This document shows, in pieces, positions 1 through 10,931 of a stretch of 32,000 nucleotides of DNA. The notes under the pieces are model-generated. The model was not told where the DNA came from and searched no databases. It saw only the letters and a list, made by a program, of their open reading frames with translations. Made by a program: the position numbers and the translations under genes. The stretch comes from a cyanobacterium endosymbiont of Braarudosphaera bigelowii (GTDB lineage: Bacteria; Cyanobacteriota; Cyanobacteriia; Cyanobacteriales; Microcystaceae), in the NCBI RefSeq assembly GCF_020885515.1, contig NZ_AP024987.1, positions 630,001 to 662,000 of the forward strand, given 5' to 3'. The first letter of the stretch is position 1; each line of letters starts with the position of its first letter.

Positions 1-146
1 TTATAGATATGATAAAAAATACTTTTAAACTTTATTTTGTAATAATTAAAGTTTAATTGTTATTATTTGTATAAAATAGCAATTTTTTAACTTTTCATTA
101 GATTAGTTTTTTAAAAGTATAAATTAACATAAATTTTATAAAATAT

Positions 147-1286
147 ATGATTAACAAACCAATTAAGCCTTTTTATTTTGACTTAACAGAAGAAGAAATT
201 GATTTATTTAAGAATGAATGTGGAAGAATTCTTAGTTCAGGTAAGCTAATTCTCGGAGAAAATACTCTAGCATTCGAAAAAGCCTTCGCTGAGTATGTAG
301 GAGTAAAACATGCAATTGCTGTTAATACTGGATCTTCTGGTTTAGAAATCATTTTAAGACTTAAAAATATAAAAAATACAACTGTATTAGTACCAACAAA
401 TACAAATTTTGCTACTGTAGCCGCCGTATTAAGAGCTGGAGGAATAGTAAAATATCTAGATATGGATGAAAATACATTTTCACCCTCTTTACAGATGGTA
501 ATAGATGCAGTGAGAGAAGGTACAATTCCTTCTATTTCCGGAGTATTATGGGTTCATATTGGAGGAGTAATTTCACCTGAATTTCCTGCAATAGTAGATT
601 ACTGCCATGATAATGATCTGTTTGTTTTGGAAGATACTGCTCATGCTCATGGAAGTCAAATTAATGGAGTTCAAGCTGGTAATTTAGCGGATGGTGCCTC
701 TTTTTCTTTCTTTCCTACTAAAATTATGACAACCTTTGAAGGAGGAATGATTACTCTTAATGATCAAGAAGAAGATTATATCGCTCGCTCACTAAGAAAT
801 CAGGGAAAAAGAGGAATGGATTTTGGTGGATTACATACGGATTTTGGAAATAGTAGTCGTATGACAGAAGTTCATGCAGTTTTAGGACTCATTCAACTAG
901 CTAAATTATCGAAAATGATTGCTAAAAGACAAAAATGTTATGACATAATTACGAAACACTTACAAACAGCTAATATTAAATTCATTTCTACAGAACATAT
1001 GGATAGTGCTAGCCAATATAAGTTGATAGTCCTATTACCTAAGGATAAAAGTGTGGAAAAAGTAAAAAAATCTTTATCCAATGAAAAGATACTTTTGGGA
1101 GGAGAAGTTTATCAAATTCCTTGCCACTTACAACCTGTTTTTAAAGATATCAATATAAAGCAAAATCTCCCTATCTCAGAGTATTGGTGTCCTCGTCATA
1201 TTTGTCCCCCACTTACATCTGGGATGACAGAAGAAGAAGCAGATATTACAGGAAGTATGTTAGTAAAATATTTAACAGCTAATTAG
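147..1286 (+). CDS. DegT/DnrJ/EryC1/StrS family PLP-dependent aminotransferase
   Basis: 379-aa ORF with typical family pattern: GSSGLEIILRL, a DNDLFVLEDTAHAHGS segment, and the PLP-lysine region SFSFFPTKIMTTFEGGMI. Confidence 0.88.
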   Translation: MINKPIKPFYFDLTEEEIDLFKNECGRILSSGKLILGENTLAFEKAFAEYVGVKHAIAVNTGSSGLEIILRLKNIKNTTVLVPTNTNFATVAAVLRAGGIVKYLDMDENTFSPSLQMVIDAVREGTIPSISGVLWVHIGGVISPEFPAIVDYCHDNDLFVLEDTAHAHGSQINGVQAGNLADGASFSFFPTKIMTTFEGGMITLNDQEEDYIARSLRNQGKRGMDFGGLHTDFGNSSRMTEVHAVLGLIQLAKLSKMIAKRQKCYDIITKHLQTANIKFISTEHMDSASQYKLIVLLPKDKSVEKVKKSLSNEKILLGGEVYQIPCHLQPVFKDINIKQNLPISEYWCPRHICPPLTSGMTEEEADITGSMLVKYLTAN

Positions 1287-1389
1287 TTATTAATTGTATT
1301 CAGCTCTCATCTCTAGATAAAATTAGAAGTGATTTTTCTGAAAAATTATAGATTTATTAGTTGATATTAGTAGAAACCTTATCAATTAG

Positions 1390-1434
1390 ATTCTTCAGTA
1401 GCGATAAGCATTCCGATTATTGCTACTGAAGAAT
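1390..1434. terminator. Long hairpin between convergent genes, no U-tract
   Basis: Left arm ATTCTTCAGTAGCGATAA (1390-1407), right arm TTATTGCTACTGAAGAAT (1417-1434): 18 bp with one G.T. Lies 37 bp beyond the cysK stop. Confidence 0.55.
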
Positions 1435-1470
1435 ATAGCTAACTATTACAATTGTTAAAAATTACTCTTT

Positions 1471-2418
1471 TTACTCAGACATTTCTAAATCGTGAAATAA
1501 AACAGTACTTAGGTAACGTTCACCAAAACTTGGTTGTATCATAACAATTAATTTATTTTTATTTTCTGGTCTTTTGCCAATTTTTACTGCAGCACATAAA
1601 GCTGCTCCTGTAGATATACCTGACAATAATCCTTCTTCTTTAGCAAGTCGTCGTGCATATTCAATTGCTTCTGTATCTTCAACTGTAACTATCTCATCAA
1701 TTAATTTGATATCTAAAACTTTAGGAATAAAACCTGCTCCAATACCTTGAATTTTATGCCCTCCTGGACTACCTCCTGAGAGTATTGGACTATTAGATGG
1801 TTCAACTGCAATTGTTTGAAAGTCTAGTTTTTTTTCTTTAAGAATACTTGCAATTCCAGTAATCGTACCTCCGGTACCTACACCAGCAACAAGAATATCT
1901 ATATTACCATCGGTATCTTTCCAGATTTCTTCTGCTGTAGTTAGGCGATGTATTTGGGGGTTAGCAGGATTATTGAATTGTTGTAGCATATAAGTATTAG
2001 GTAGACTATCTGCTATTTCTTGAGCTCTACGAATACAACCACCCATTCCCTCAGCCCCTGGAGTTAATTCTAATTGTGCTCCATAAGCCTTAAGCATTGT
2101 ACGACGTTCTTTACTCATAGTATCTGGCATTGTTAAGATTAAGTCATAACCTTTAGCAGCTGCCACCATAGCTAAAGCAATTCCTGTATTGCCTGACGTA
2201 GGTTCCACTAACAAAGTTTTACCAGGAACAATTAGTCCTTCCTTCTCAGCCATATTAATCATATTAATTCCAATACGATCTTTTACTGAGGCTGCTGGAT
2301 TCATACTTTCTAGCTTTACTACAATTTTTGCTACACAACCTTCTGTTTGAGGAATATGATTTAACTGTACCAGCGGAGTCTGACCAATAAGTTCTGTAAT
2401 ATTTTGTGCTATTTTCAT
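1471..2418 (-). CDS. cysK: Cysteine synthase A (O-acetylserine sulfhydrylase)
   Basis: 315-aa ORF with [13 protein letters not shown]-lysine motif [27 protein letters not shown], and C-terminal SFGERYLST. Confidence 0.95.
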   Translation of the reverse strand: MKIAQNITELIGQTPLVQLNHIPQTEGCVAKIVVKLESMNPAASVKDRIGINMINMAEKEGLIVPGKTLLVEPTSGNTGIALAMVAAAKGYDLILTMPDTMSKERRTMLKAYGAQLELTPGAEGMGGCIRRAQEIADSLPNTYMLQQFNNPANPQIHRLTTAEEIWKDTDGNIDILVAGVGTGGTITGIASILKEKKLDFQTIAVEPSNSPILSGGSPGGHKIQGIGAGFIPKVLDIKLIDEIVTVEDTEAIEYARRLAKEEGLLSGISTGAALCAAVKIGKRPENKNKLIVMIQPSFGERYLSTVLFHDLEMSE

Positions 2419-2530
2419 AAGTTTTTTACTTTTATTAATAAGTTTTATACTCTACTGTTTTAATACCTTATGAGATATTTTTAAGTATTTTTTATTCTTT
2501 CTTTACTTAATTTTAGATATTAAAAAATAG

Positions 2531-2573
2531 ATACTAAAAAACCCTATTTTTAAGATAGGGTTTTTTAGTATCT
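2531..2573 (-). terminator. Intrinsic terminator downstream of the porin gene
   Basis: Perfect 18-bp inverted repeat GATACTAAAAAACCCTAT (2531-2548) / ATAGGGTTTTTTAGTATC (2556-2573), with A/T tracts on both sides making it potentially bidirectional. Confidence 0.85.
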
Positions 2574-2604
2574 AGAATTGAATATAACTAGAATTATTTA
2601 ACAT

Positions 2605-4596
2605 CTAGAAAGAGAATGTTCCACGAAGAGTACCAACTACTTCGTCGTCTGCACCCTGAATGTTAACAAATTGGTCAGGATTTGCAATCCAGATAACACC
2701 TGGAGTAATAGAAATATTATCAGTAAGCTGATATCTATAGAAAACTTCAGCAGTTACAGGGTTACGGCTAGGTAATTCGAAAAAGCCACTTGTACGTCCT
2801 AAGTAAGGACGTTGACGTCCACCTTGATAAGGCTGAACACCAGCAAATATACCTAACAAGTTACCTTCTTTGAATAAGTCTGGAAACGCAAACCCGCCTC
2901 CACCAGTCCAAACTTCAGCACTCTTTCCACGGCCAAGAAAACGAACATTAGTGAAAGAACCAAATGCACTAAAATTCATCCATTCAGCAATACGCCATGT
3001 CATTTCACCACCATAGCTATTAGTGACTTTGCCACCGATATCAAATGGATTAACTTGCAAAGGATCATTAGCATTATTGCCGTTTCCATTGAAAGTTCGT
3101 GTTGGAGTACCAGGAGAACCTACAGAGCCTTCAGCAAAAGCATTGTTTAATTCAGAACGAGAGAAGTTAGCAAAAGAGGTTCCTACTTCACCAGGGCCAA
3201 AGGGAATACCAGACCCGAAAATAGGACTATCAGGTTTATGGTAAGCATGAACATATGTGAAAGCAACATTAACTAAATCAAATAAGTTTGCATTTAGCTG
3301 TGCCAATCCCCCATAGTTACCGTTAAACAAACCGTTTCCACCATCGCTTTCTGTATAAGGATTACCAGTAGCAGGATTGGTAGCATTGCTGTTTTGACAT
3401 CCGCGGATACTACGATCTACATTTTGTCCTCCACCATTGAGGCAAGGATCATTAGATGTTCCAGCAAGATATCCAAAACTAACAGAAGTAGGACCAATGA
3501 GGCTTTCTAAGAACCCAACTTGAAAGCTCATACCTGCACCAGCTCCACCACCAATTCGATAAATTGGATTACGTTGAGCAAATGTACTTAAGGATCCTTT
3601 ACCCCCATCAAAATCTTCAAAAAATGGATTTAATGTAGGAACAAAATGATGCCATCTTCCCCCCCAAGCTGTAACATAAGTATCTAGTTTCCAGTTATCT
3701 AAGGGTTCAATGGGTGCATAATAACCAACCCAATCAATAGTTACATCATTGTCTTCTTCATTCCGTCGAGGACCAATGTTGAAGGTTTGAGTGGCGGTAG
3801 GATTGATTAATGTATTTTCTTTAAAGGCAATACCAATTGGTTGACCAGTAGCAGGATTAATAACCCTTAAGTTAGGTTCAGTTAAAGTAAAACGTTCAGA
3901 ACCTGTACCTGTACTAGCTGATAAACGAGTAACTAATAAGTCCTCTCCACTAAAACTAGTGTTGAAGCTTAATCTGATACGATCTTGCAGAACAGCCTGA
4001 TTATCTTCAGAAGAACGGCTACCACCGGCTGCTGTTGCTGCCATAATAACTTCACCAACTAATTTGGTAGTGGTAGAAAATTGATGATCTTCTAAGAAAG
4101 ATACACGTCCTTCTAGATTATCAACTCGAGCGCCTAGTGCAGCTAACTCAGCTTCAAACTCTTGCATCAAGCGTTTGAGTTTTTCAATATCTTCTCTTAG
4201 TACAGCAACATTTTCTTGGATTAAGCGTTCCATAGTGTTTAAACAAGCGTTTAAACCAGCTGCAAATTCCCAACGTGATGTTGCACGGTTACCTCTAAAG
4301 GTACGATCAGGATAACCAACAATACAACCATATCGTTCTACTAGACTTCTCAATGCTTCATAAGCCCAATCAGTAGGAGCTACATCGCGTAGCTCACTAA
4401 CACTAGTCACTTGGTCGTTAGTATTGAGTTGACCTTCTTGACTATAATTCTCTAATTTTTCTAACAGATTATCCTGACCTTTTGCAATTTCAATGTCAGA
4501 CAATCCTTCAGCCGCGTTGGCAGGAGCAGAAATTGACAATACTGCACCCATTAAAGCTGGACTTACCAGCAGGGTTTTCCATAATAGTTTTAGCAT
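2605..4596 (-). CDS. Cyanobacterial outer membrane porin with N-terminal SLH domain (OprB / iron-uptake porin family)
   Basis: 663 aa; signal peptide ending APANA; SLH-like segment DVAPTDWAYEALRSLVERYGCIVGYPDRTFRGNRATSRWEFAAGLNACL; short coiled coil; long beta-barrel ending in aromatic F (GTLRGTFSF). Confidence 0.9.
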   Translation of the reverse strand: MLKLLWKTLLVSPALMGAVLSISAPANAAEGLSDIEIAKGQDNLLEKLENYSQEGQLNTNDQVTSVSELRDVAPTDWAYEALRSLVERYGCIVGYPDRTFRGNRATSRWEFAAGLNACLNTMERLIQENVAVLREDIEKLKRLMQEFEAELAALGARVDNLEGRVSFLEDHQFSTTTKLVGEVIMAATAAGGSRSSEDNQAVLQDRIRLSFNTSFSGEDLLVTRLSASTGTGSERFTLTEPNLRVINPATGQPIGIAFKENTLINPTATQTFNIGPRRNEEDNDVTIDWVGYYAPIEPLDNWKLDTYVTAWGGRWHHFVPTLNPFFEDFDGGKGSLSTFAQRNPIYRIGGGAGAGMSFQVGFLESLIGPTSVSFGYLAGTSNDPCLNGGGQNVDRSIRGCQNSNATNPATGNPYTESDGGNGLFNGNYGGLAQLNANLFDLVNVAFTYVHAYHKPDSPIFGSGIPFGPGEVGTSFANFSRSELNNAFAEGSVGSPGTPTRTFNGNGNNANDPLQVNPFDIGGKVTNSYGGEMTWRIAEWMNFSAFGSFTNVRFLGRGKSAEVWTGGGGFAFPDLFKEGNLLGIFAGVQPYQGGRQRPYLGRTSGFFELPSRNPVTAEVFYRYQLTDNISITPGVIWIANPDQFVNIQGADDEVVGTLRGTFSF

Positions 4597-4900
4597 TTTC
4601 AGCTTTTCCTCACACCTTTAAATTGACTATATAATAATAGCCTCACTCACATTTCTATAATACACAATTTTTCAGAAAATAGTGAAAAATAAGTTTAACT
4701 TTTATATATATTTTCTAAAATCATTTATTTGATAGCTTATAAATGCTTCTATACAGGGTTTTAATGATTTAGCTTTCTACTACTTTGATTTAAAGTAATT
4801 TATTTCTCTTCTGTTAATTTACTTATAACTTATGTTCATAAAAACATATTCATTGATACTGAATTAGATATTCTATATATCTTATCAATTTTAATTATTT

Positions 4901-6175
4901 ATGAAAAATATGAGTATTGACTCTCTTTTATTGCCTTTTCAACGTTTTGGAGTTCATCTAGGACTCGAACGTATTAATACTTTGTTAACTAAGTTAGCAA
5001 ACCCTCATCATGACGTGCCTATTATTCATGTTGGAGGAAGTAATGGGAAAGGATCAGTTTGTGCTTACTTATCATCAATACTGATGGAAGCTGGATATAA
5101 AGTAGGACGTTATACATCTCCTCACTTAATAGACTGGACAGAAAGAATTTGTTTAAACAATAAACCAATACCAAAGTTATATTTAAGAGAGATACTTCTC
5201 AGCATTCAAGATCTAATTCTTAATGATGAAGATCTTCCTACTCAGTTTGAAGTTATAACAGCTGCGGCATTAACCTACTTCAAACAAGAAAAAGTAGACA
5301 TTATTGTTATGGAAGTCGGTTTAGGCGGACGTTTGGATGCTACTAATATTTGTCAAGCACCTTTAGCAACAGTTATCACTTCTATTAGCTTGGAACATTG
5401 TCAAAATTTAGGTCCAACCATAACAGATATTGCTCGAGAAAAATCTGGAATTTTTAAACCTAATTGTCCAGTGGTTATTGGCGAAGTTCCTCATGAAGCT
5501 AAAGATATATTTACGTCGCAAATCAATACTCTGAATTGTCCTAGTGTCTGGGTTCAATCAGCAACCCTTACTCAACATAATTCAGCTATTTACAAAGATA
5601 TTGAATATCCTTTATCTTTGTCAGGAGAAGTACAGTTAAGCAATTCAGCCATATCAATAGAAGTAATTAAAATACTAAAGCAAAAAGGATGGAATATTCC
5701 TATTAATTGTATTAAAGATGGTATACAAAAAACATCATGGAGAGGAAGACTAGAATGGCTTAATTGGCAAAGTATATCCTTACTAGTGGATGGAGCACAT
5801 AATCCAGATGCTGCTAGGCAGCTACGTAATTATATTAATAATTTAAATAAATCTATTCAATCTATTACCTGGATAATAGGAATTATAAATACTAAAGAGC
5901 ATGATAAGATCTTTAAAGAATTATTAAGAGATAATGAAACTTTATATTTAGTTCCTGTCCCTGAACACGACAATATAGAACCTAAAAACTTATTAAGTTC
6001 CATAATTAATAGTTGTGTCAGATTAAGAGAGATTAGAGTTGAAAAGACATTAGACTCTGCCTTGAAATTAACTACTAATAAGCGATCCAATGATAATTTA
6101 GTTGTTTTATGTGGTTCTTTATATTTAGTTGGTTATCTTTTAAAAACTATAGAATATCCCAATTCTAAATTATAG
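4901..6175 (+). CDS. folC: Bifunctional folylpolyglutamate synthase / dihydrofolate synthase
   Basis: 424-aa ORF with HVGGSNGKGSVCAYLSSIL, YTSPHL, MEVGLGGRLDATN, and LLVDGAHNPDAAR motifs. Confidence 0.92.
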   Translation: MKNMSIDSLLLPFQRFGVHLGLERINTLLTKLANPHHDVPIIHVGGSNGKGSVCAYLSSILMEAGYKVGRYTSPHLIDWTERICLNNKPIPKLYLREILLSIQDLILNDEDLPTQFEVITAAALTYFKQEKVDIIVMEVGLGGRLDATNICQAPLATVITSISLEHCQNLGPTITDIAREKSGIFKPNCPVVIGEVPHEAKDIFTSQINTLNCPSVWVQSATLTQHNSAIYKDIEYPLSLSGEVQLSNSAISIEVIKILKQKGWNIPINCIKDGIQKTSWRGRLEWLNWQSISLLVDGAHNPDAARQLRNYINNLNKSIQSITWIIGIINTKEHDKIFKELLRDNETLYLVPVPEHDNIEPKNLLSSIINSCVRLREIRVEKTLDSALKLTTNKRSNDNLVVLCGSLYLVGYLLKTIEYPNSKL

Positions 6176-6211
6176 AAACCTAGATCACATTCAAATCTAA
6201 CGATAACTAAT

Positions 6212-6973
6212 ATGTTTTATGTTGCCATATTAAACTCTCTAGCAACTAAGCTTTATTTTATTGAACAATTCGCTGATAAATTAGTTTCTGCTCAACTGGA
6301 ACATATCAATCTTCTAGGCTTTGTTATCATTCTTTTTTCAGGACTTTTAACTAGTCTAAATCCATGCGTTGTGTCTATGTTACCAGTTACTATTGCCTAT
6401 ATCGGTTGTCATGAATCTCAAAAAAAGTTTCAAGGATTTATTCAATCTATTTTGTTTTCTCTAGGCTTGGCAACAACATTAGTATTGCTAGGAATCATTG
6501 CAGCATTATTAGGTAAAATTTATGGACAAATTGGGATACAGTTACCAATTTTTGTAAGTATAGTTTCTATACTAATGGGCTTCAACTTATTGGGGTTAAT
6601 TTCGTTTCATTTTCCTTCTATGAGAATAGAAAACTGGCTTATTAACAAATTTCACCTAAGAGTCCGTACTTATCTTTTGGGCATGACTTTTGGTTTAGTA
6701 GCTTCTCCTTGTAGTACACCTGTTCTGGCAACTTTGTTAACTTGGATTACTAGTACACAAAATTTAGCTTTAGGTGCGAGTGTATTATTAGCATATACAA
6801 TTGGCTATGTGTCACCTTTGATTCTAGTAGGAACTTTTACTGCTACTCTTAAGCAAATGTTAGAGTTTCGTCGCTGGTCAGCAATTATTAATCCGATCAG
6901 TGCTATTCTCCTAATAGTATTTGGCATATTTTCTTTACTATCACATGTATCATTAAACTATTTTTCAAAATAG
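6212..6973 (+). CDS. ccdA: Cytochrome c biogenesis protein CcdA family (thiol/disulfide transmembrane transporter)
   Basis: 253-aa polytopic membrane protein with paired conserved cysteine motifs in SLNPCVVSMLPVT and VASPCSTPVLATLL. Confidence 0.88.
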   Translation: MFYVAILNSLATKLYFIEQFADKLVSAQLEHINLLGFVIILFSGLLTSLNPCVVSMLPVTIAYIGCHESQKKFQGFIQSILFSLGLATTLVLLGIIAALLGKIYGQIGIQLPIFVSIVSILMGFNLLGLISFHFPSMRIENWLINKFHLRVRTYLLGMTFGLVASPCSTPVLATLLTWITSTQNLALGASVLLAYTIGYVSPLILVGTFTATLKQMLEFRRWSAIINPISAILLIVFGIFSLLSHVSLNYFSK

Positions 6974-7076
6974 ATCTGTGTAAGAATATTAGATATATTA
7001 GTTTATAATTCTGTTTTTAATAAAAATAAAAACATTTAATATGTCTTGGTAAATAAAGTCAAAAACAATTTAATTT

Positions 7077-8429
7077 ATGATTACATCTAATTTGTCTATA
7101 ACGCTAAACAAAGTTTCCTCACTGAAATTAAAATTTTGGCGAATGATTAGGGTAATTACAGATATACGTTTAACGATTATTTTATTATTGGTAATAGCTT
7201 TATTTAGTATTAGTGGAACTCTGATAGAGCAAGAAAAAAGTTTAGAATTTTATCAAAAAACTTATCCTCATTCACCTGCTCTTTTCGGATTTTTAACATG
7301 GAATCTCATTCTAGAGATAGGTCTAAATCACGTATACAGCACTTGGTGGTTTTTATTTTTACTTGTGCTATTCAGCACAAGTCTAATTTTATGCACTTTT
7401 ACTCGTCAATGGTCTGCACTAAAAGCTGCAAATAAATGGAATTTTTACAAAAAGCCATATCAACTCCAAAAATTAGCATTAAGTTCAGAATTAAAGATTG
7501 AGAAAATTATTCCTATTGTTAATATTTTAAAAGGAAAAAAATATAAAGTTTTTCAGGAAAATAATACTATTTATGCTCGTAAAGGAATCTTTGGAAAAGT
7601 CGGACCTATTATCGTACACTTCGGAATATTAATTATATTGTGTGGTTCAGTTATTGGTTCTTTAACAGGATTTTTAGAGCAAAGAATGGTTCCTAGCAAA
7701 TCTGAATTTAAAGTTAATAGTAATCTTAATTTGGGACCTTTCTCTACTTCAGAAATTTCTAGAGACTGGAAGGTTCGAGTTAATCGATTTTGGATTGACT
7801 ACAATTCGAAGGGAACAGTTGATCAGTTTTATTCAAATCTATCCATAATAAATGACGAAGGAAAAGAATTAAAAAAAGAAACTATTTATGTGAACAAGCC
7901 ATTGCATTATAACGGAGTTACTATATATCAAACAAACTGGGGAATCTCATCAGTCCAAATTCAAATTGACGATGGTAATATTTTTCAACTTCCTATGGTT
8001 TCTTTAGAGAATGACGATCAGTTCAAAATATGGGGTACTTGGATACCTTTAAAATCTGATTTAAGTGAAGGGATTTCACTAATTGCTAAAGATTTACAGG
8101 GAACTATGATTATTTATGATCAAGAAGGCAATCTTTATAGTGCAATTAGGACTGGAATGCCGTTAACAATCAATGGAGCACAACTAAAAATTCATAAGTT
8201 AATAGGAAGTACTGGATTACAGATAAAAGCAGATCCAGGAGTTCCTGTTGTTTATATGGGATTTGGTTTATTAATGCTTGGCGTAATTATGAGCTATGTA
8301 TCTCATTCTCAAGTCTGGGTATTGCAAATAAATAAAACATGTTTAATAGGAGGAAAGACAAATAGATCTCAAATAGCTTTTGAAAAAGAATTAAAAGATA
8401 TAATTGATTCTTTAGAATGTCTTAAATAA
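7077..8429 (+). CDS. ccs1: Cytochrome c biogenesis protein Ccs1/ResB
   Basis: 450 aa; LADIRLTI-like start with several TM segments, large soluble loop, and a GLQIKADPGVPVVYMGFGLLMLGVIMSYVSHSQVWV C-terminal part typical of the ResB family. Adjacent to ccdA. Confidence 0.9.
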   Translation: MITSNLSITLNKVSSLKLKFWRMIRVITDIRLTIILLLVIALFSISGTLIEQEKSLEFYQKTYPHSPALFGFLTWNLILEIGLNHVYSTWWFLFLLVLFSTSLILCTFTRQWSALKAANKWNFYKKPYQLQKLALSSELKIEKIIPIVNILKGKKYKVFQENNTIYARKGIFGKVGPIIVHFGILIILCGSVIGSLTGFLEQRMVPSKSEFKVNSNLNLGPFSTSEISRDWKVRVNRFWIDYNSKGTVDQFYSNLSIINDEGKELKKETIYVNKPLHYNGVTIYQTNWGISSVQIQIDDGNIFQLPMVSLENDDQFKIWGTWIPLKSDLSEGISLIAKDLQGTMIIYDQEGNLYSAIRTGMPLTINGAQLKIHKLIGSTGLQIKADPGVPVVYMGFGLLMLGVIMSYVSHSQVWVLQINKTCLIGGKTNRSQIAFEKELKDIIDSLECLK

Positions 8430-8461
8430 CTTTATTTATCTAGCTTAGTTTCAATGCCTCT

Positions 8462-8494
8462 AAAAAAACTCCCTGACGTAAGCAGAGAGTTTTT
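8462..8494. terminator. Probable bidirectional terminator between convergent ccs1 and rplL
   Basis: AAAAACTC-C-CTG ... CAG-A-GAGTTTTT dyad centred in the convergent spacer. Confidence 0.65.
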
Positions 8495-8516
8495 AAGAGA
8501 TATTTGTTAAAGTAAC

Positions 8517-8915
8517 TTATTTAATAGTTACTTTAGCTCCAGCATCCTCAAGCTGTTTCTTGATACTTTCGGCATCATCTTTTGAAGTTCCTTCTTTGAG
8601 AGATTTAGGAGTTGATTCAACAAGATCTTTTGCTTCTTTAAGTCCTAAGCCAGTTATAGTACGAACTACTTTAAGAATAGCTATTTTCTTATCACTAGGA
8701 AATTCTTCCAGAATGACATCGAATTCTGTTTTTTCTTCTGCTGCTTCTGCACCAGCAGCAGCACCAGGAACAGCACCAGGCGCCATCATCATTCCACCAA
8801 CAGGTGCAGAAGCACTTACATTAAATACTTCTTCAATCTGCTTAACAAGTTCAGATGCTTCTAAAAGGCTCAAAGACTTAAGCTTTTCGATAATTTCATC
8901 AGTTACAGTAGACAT
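8517..8915 (-). CDS. rplL: 50S ribosomal protein L7/L12
   Basis: 132 aa; [50 protein letters not shown] is the L7/L12 C-terminal domain. Confidence 0.97.
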   Translation of the reverse strand: MSTVTDEIIEKLKSLSLLEASELVKQIEEVFNVSASAPVGGMMMAPGAVPGAAAGAEAAEEKTEFDVILEEFPSDKKIAILKVVRTITGLGLKEAKDLVESTPKSLKEGTSKDDAESIKKQLEDAGAKVTIK

Positions 8916-8976
8916 AGTTTAACTCCTAAATAATGTAAAAAGATTGATAAGTAAACGAGTTAATAATTAAAATTTA

Positions 8977-9537
8977 TTAACTTTCTTTTTTTGCTGCAAC
9001 AGCAGCTAATACACGACCTAAAGAATTCGGTATTTCATTAATACCTCTACCTAAAGAAGTCGGCATCTCATTTATTCCAATAGCAAGTTTAGCAGTGACA
9101 GAATTGATTAATCCTGCTGTTTGTCCCATAAGCTCCTCTTTGGAAGGCAAGTCAGCAATTGCTTTAACTTGTTCTTCGTTAAGGGCTTTCCCTTCCATTA
9201 CACCGCCACGGAAAGCAGTCTTTTTTGTTTCTTTTTTAAAAGCTTGATAGGCCCTAATGGCACCACCCAAATCTTCTTTAACTAGAATAAAGGCTGATGA
9301 TCCATTTAGAAAACTAGTTATTGGTTTCCATTTATCACTATCAATTACCGCCTTTTCCATGAAAGTGTTCTTTGTCACTTTACAGATCGCTCCACTTGGG
9401 CGCAAGCGATCTCGTAAGTCAGTAATTTCCGCAACAGATAGACCTTGATAATCAATAACAAAACTCAGTTCTGTTCCATCAAGTAATTCTTTCAGGTTAG
9501 AAATTACCATTGCTTTATTTTCTTTTGTCCTTCCCAC
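8977..9537 (-). CDS. rplJ: 50S ribosomal protein L10
   Basis: 186 aa; VIDYQGLSVAEITDLRDRLRPSGAICKVTKNTFMEKA; upstream of rplL. Confidence 0.96.
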   Translation of the reverse strand: MGRTKENKAMVISNLKELLDGTELSFVIDYQGLSVAEITDLRDRLRPSGAICKVTKNTFMEKAVIDSDKWKPITSFLNGSSAFILVKEDLGGAIRAYQAFKKETKKTAFRGGVMEGKALNEEQVKAIADLPSKEELMGQTAGLINSVTAKLAIGINEMPTSLGRGINEIPNSLGRVLAAVAAKKES

Positions 9538-9571
9538 TATGTTCTCACCTCCTTTATTTTTGGGAAAAAAT

Positions 9572-9695
9572 AAGCCCTAGCATTTTGCCGGGCCGAGGTC
9601 AAACTTGATAACAAAAAAAATTTTTATTAAGCTTGATCCTTCAGGTTTTACCTCGGCAGGATTGTTATGCTATTTGCTCCTGCTGTCTTTGATAT
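9572..9695 (-). promoter_or_regulatory. L10-type ribosomal protein leader upstream of rplJ
   Basis: On the minus strand CTGCCGAGGT ... ACCTCGGCCCGGCA encloses an inner imperfect stem (AAGCTTAATAA / TTATCAAGTTT). GCCGAGGT (9592-9599) pairs exactly with ACCTCGGC (9650-9657). It sits in the rplA-rplJ gap. Boundaries approximate. Confidence 0.7.
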
Positions 9696-9726
9696 TAACC
9701 AAAGTTCAATTTTCAATTTTAAGATT

Positions 9727-10443
9727 TTAACTATCTTCTAACTTCAAATCTCGTAAGGCATTAATATCTATTTGGATAGATGGCCCCATAGAAGCGGAAA
9801 CATATACACTGCGCCAGTAACGTCCCTTTGCTCCAGAAGGCCTTTGTTTATCAATGGTTTCCTGCAAAGCTTTTAAATTAGCTAATAACTCTTTAGGGGA
9901 AAAGGATACCTTGCCAAATATAACATGAACGATACCAGTACGATCAGCACGAAATTCTAATTTACCTGATTTAAATTCAGAAATTGCTTTCCCTAAATCA
10001 GAAGTAACAGTTCCCCCTTTTGGAGATGGCATTAAACCACGGGGTCCGAGTGCACGACCAAGCTTGGCAACTTTAGGCATCATATCAGGAGTTGCTATCA
10101 AAACTTCGAAGTCCATCATCCCTTTCTGGATTTCATCAATAAGATCTTCTGATCCCACTATATCTGCCCCAGCATTACTGGCTTCTTGGACCTTTTCGCC
10201 TTTTGCGATAACAGCTACTCGAATTATTTGACCCGTACCGTTAGGTAAGGAGACAGTTGTCCTTAATTGTTGATCTGTATATTTAGGATCAATTCCCAAA
10301 CGTACATGTACTTCTGCTGATTCATTAAATTTAGCAGTAGCAGTTTCTTTTAACAATTGTAAAGCTTCAATAGGTTGATAAGCTTGTTTTTTGTCAATCT
10401 TGGATAATGCTTCTTTAATCCGTTTTGAAAGTTTTTTAGGCAT
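9727..10443 (-). CDS. rplA: 50S ribosomal protein L1
   Basis: 238 aa; [23 protein letters not shown] motif. Confidence 0.97.
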   Translation of the reverse strand: MPKKLSKRIKEALSKIDKKQAYQPIEALQLLKETATAKFNESAEVHVRLGIDPKYTDQQLRTTVSLPNGTGQIIRVAVIAKGEKVQEASNAGADIVGSEDLIDEIQKGMMDFEVLIATPDMMPKVAKLGRALGPRGLMPSPKGGTVTSDLGKAISEFKSGKLEFRADRTGIVHVIFGKVSFSPKELLANLKALQETIDKQRPSGAKGRYWRSVYVSASMGPSIQIDINALRDLKLEDS

Positions 10444-10503
10444 ATTTATATTTTGGGTATTAGTGAAGTTTTCTTCTCCCCTTAAAATTAACTTGATTTT
10501 TGC

Positions 10504-10929
10504 TTAATCTTTGATGAGTACACCCATATTACGAGCAGTTCCTTCAACAATATTCATTGCTGCATCAATATCATTAGCATTAAGATCAGGCATTTTAGTT
10601 TGGGCAATATCCTTAAGCTGACTATAAGTAATACTACCTACTTTTTCTTTGTCTGGTTGACTCGAACCTTTTTCAATTCCCGCTGCTTTAAGAATAAGTA
10701 CTGAGGCTGGGGGAGTTTTAAGAACAAAGGTAAAACTACGATCTTCATAGACAGAGATCTCAACAGGAATAATCATTCCCGCTTTATCTGAAGTCTTAGC
10801 ATTATATTCTTTACAAAACGCCATAATATTGACACCACGCTGTCCTAATGCTGGACCGACAGGAGGTGCAGGGTTAGCCTTTCCCGCAGGAAGGGCAAGT
10901 TTAATTAAGGCAACAACTTTTTTCGCCAT
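10504..10929 (-). CDS. rplK: 50S ribosomal protein L11
   Basis: 141 aa; [31 protein letters not shown] motif. Confidence 0.98.
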   Translation of the reverse strand: MAKKVVALIKLALPAGKANPAPPVGPALGQRGVNIMAFCKEYNAKTSDKAGMIIPVEISVYEDRSFTFVLKTPPASVLILKAAGIEKGSSQPDKEKVGSITYSQLKDIAQTKMPDLNANDIDAAMNIVEGTARNMGVLIKD

Positions 10930-10931
10930 CG

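Noticed and set aside
3023-3244. Plus-strand ORF (73 aa) inside the porin gene
   Set aside because: Lies wholly antisense to a clearly coding porin frame, and its Pro/Gly-rich translation looks like a shadow ORF.
5857-6090. Minus-strand 77-aa ORF inside folC
   Set aside because: Antisense to a confident FolC frame, no recognisable motif.
8560-8922. Plus-strand 120-aa ORF opposite rplL
   Set aside because: Low-complexity Ser/Ala-rich antisense mirror of L7/L12.
9257-9448. Plus-strand 63-aa ORF opposite rplJ
   Set aside because: Antisense to a confident L10 coding frame with no recognisable motif.
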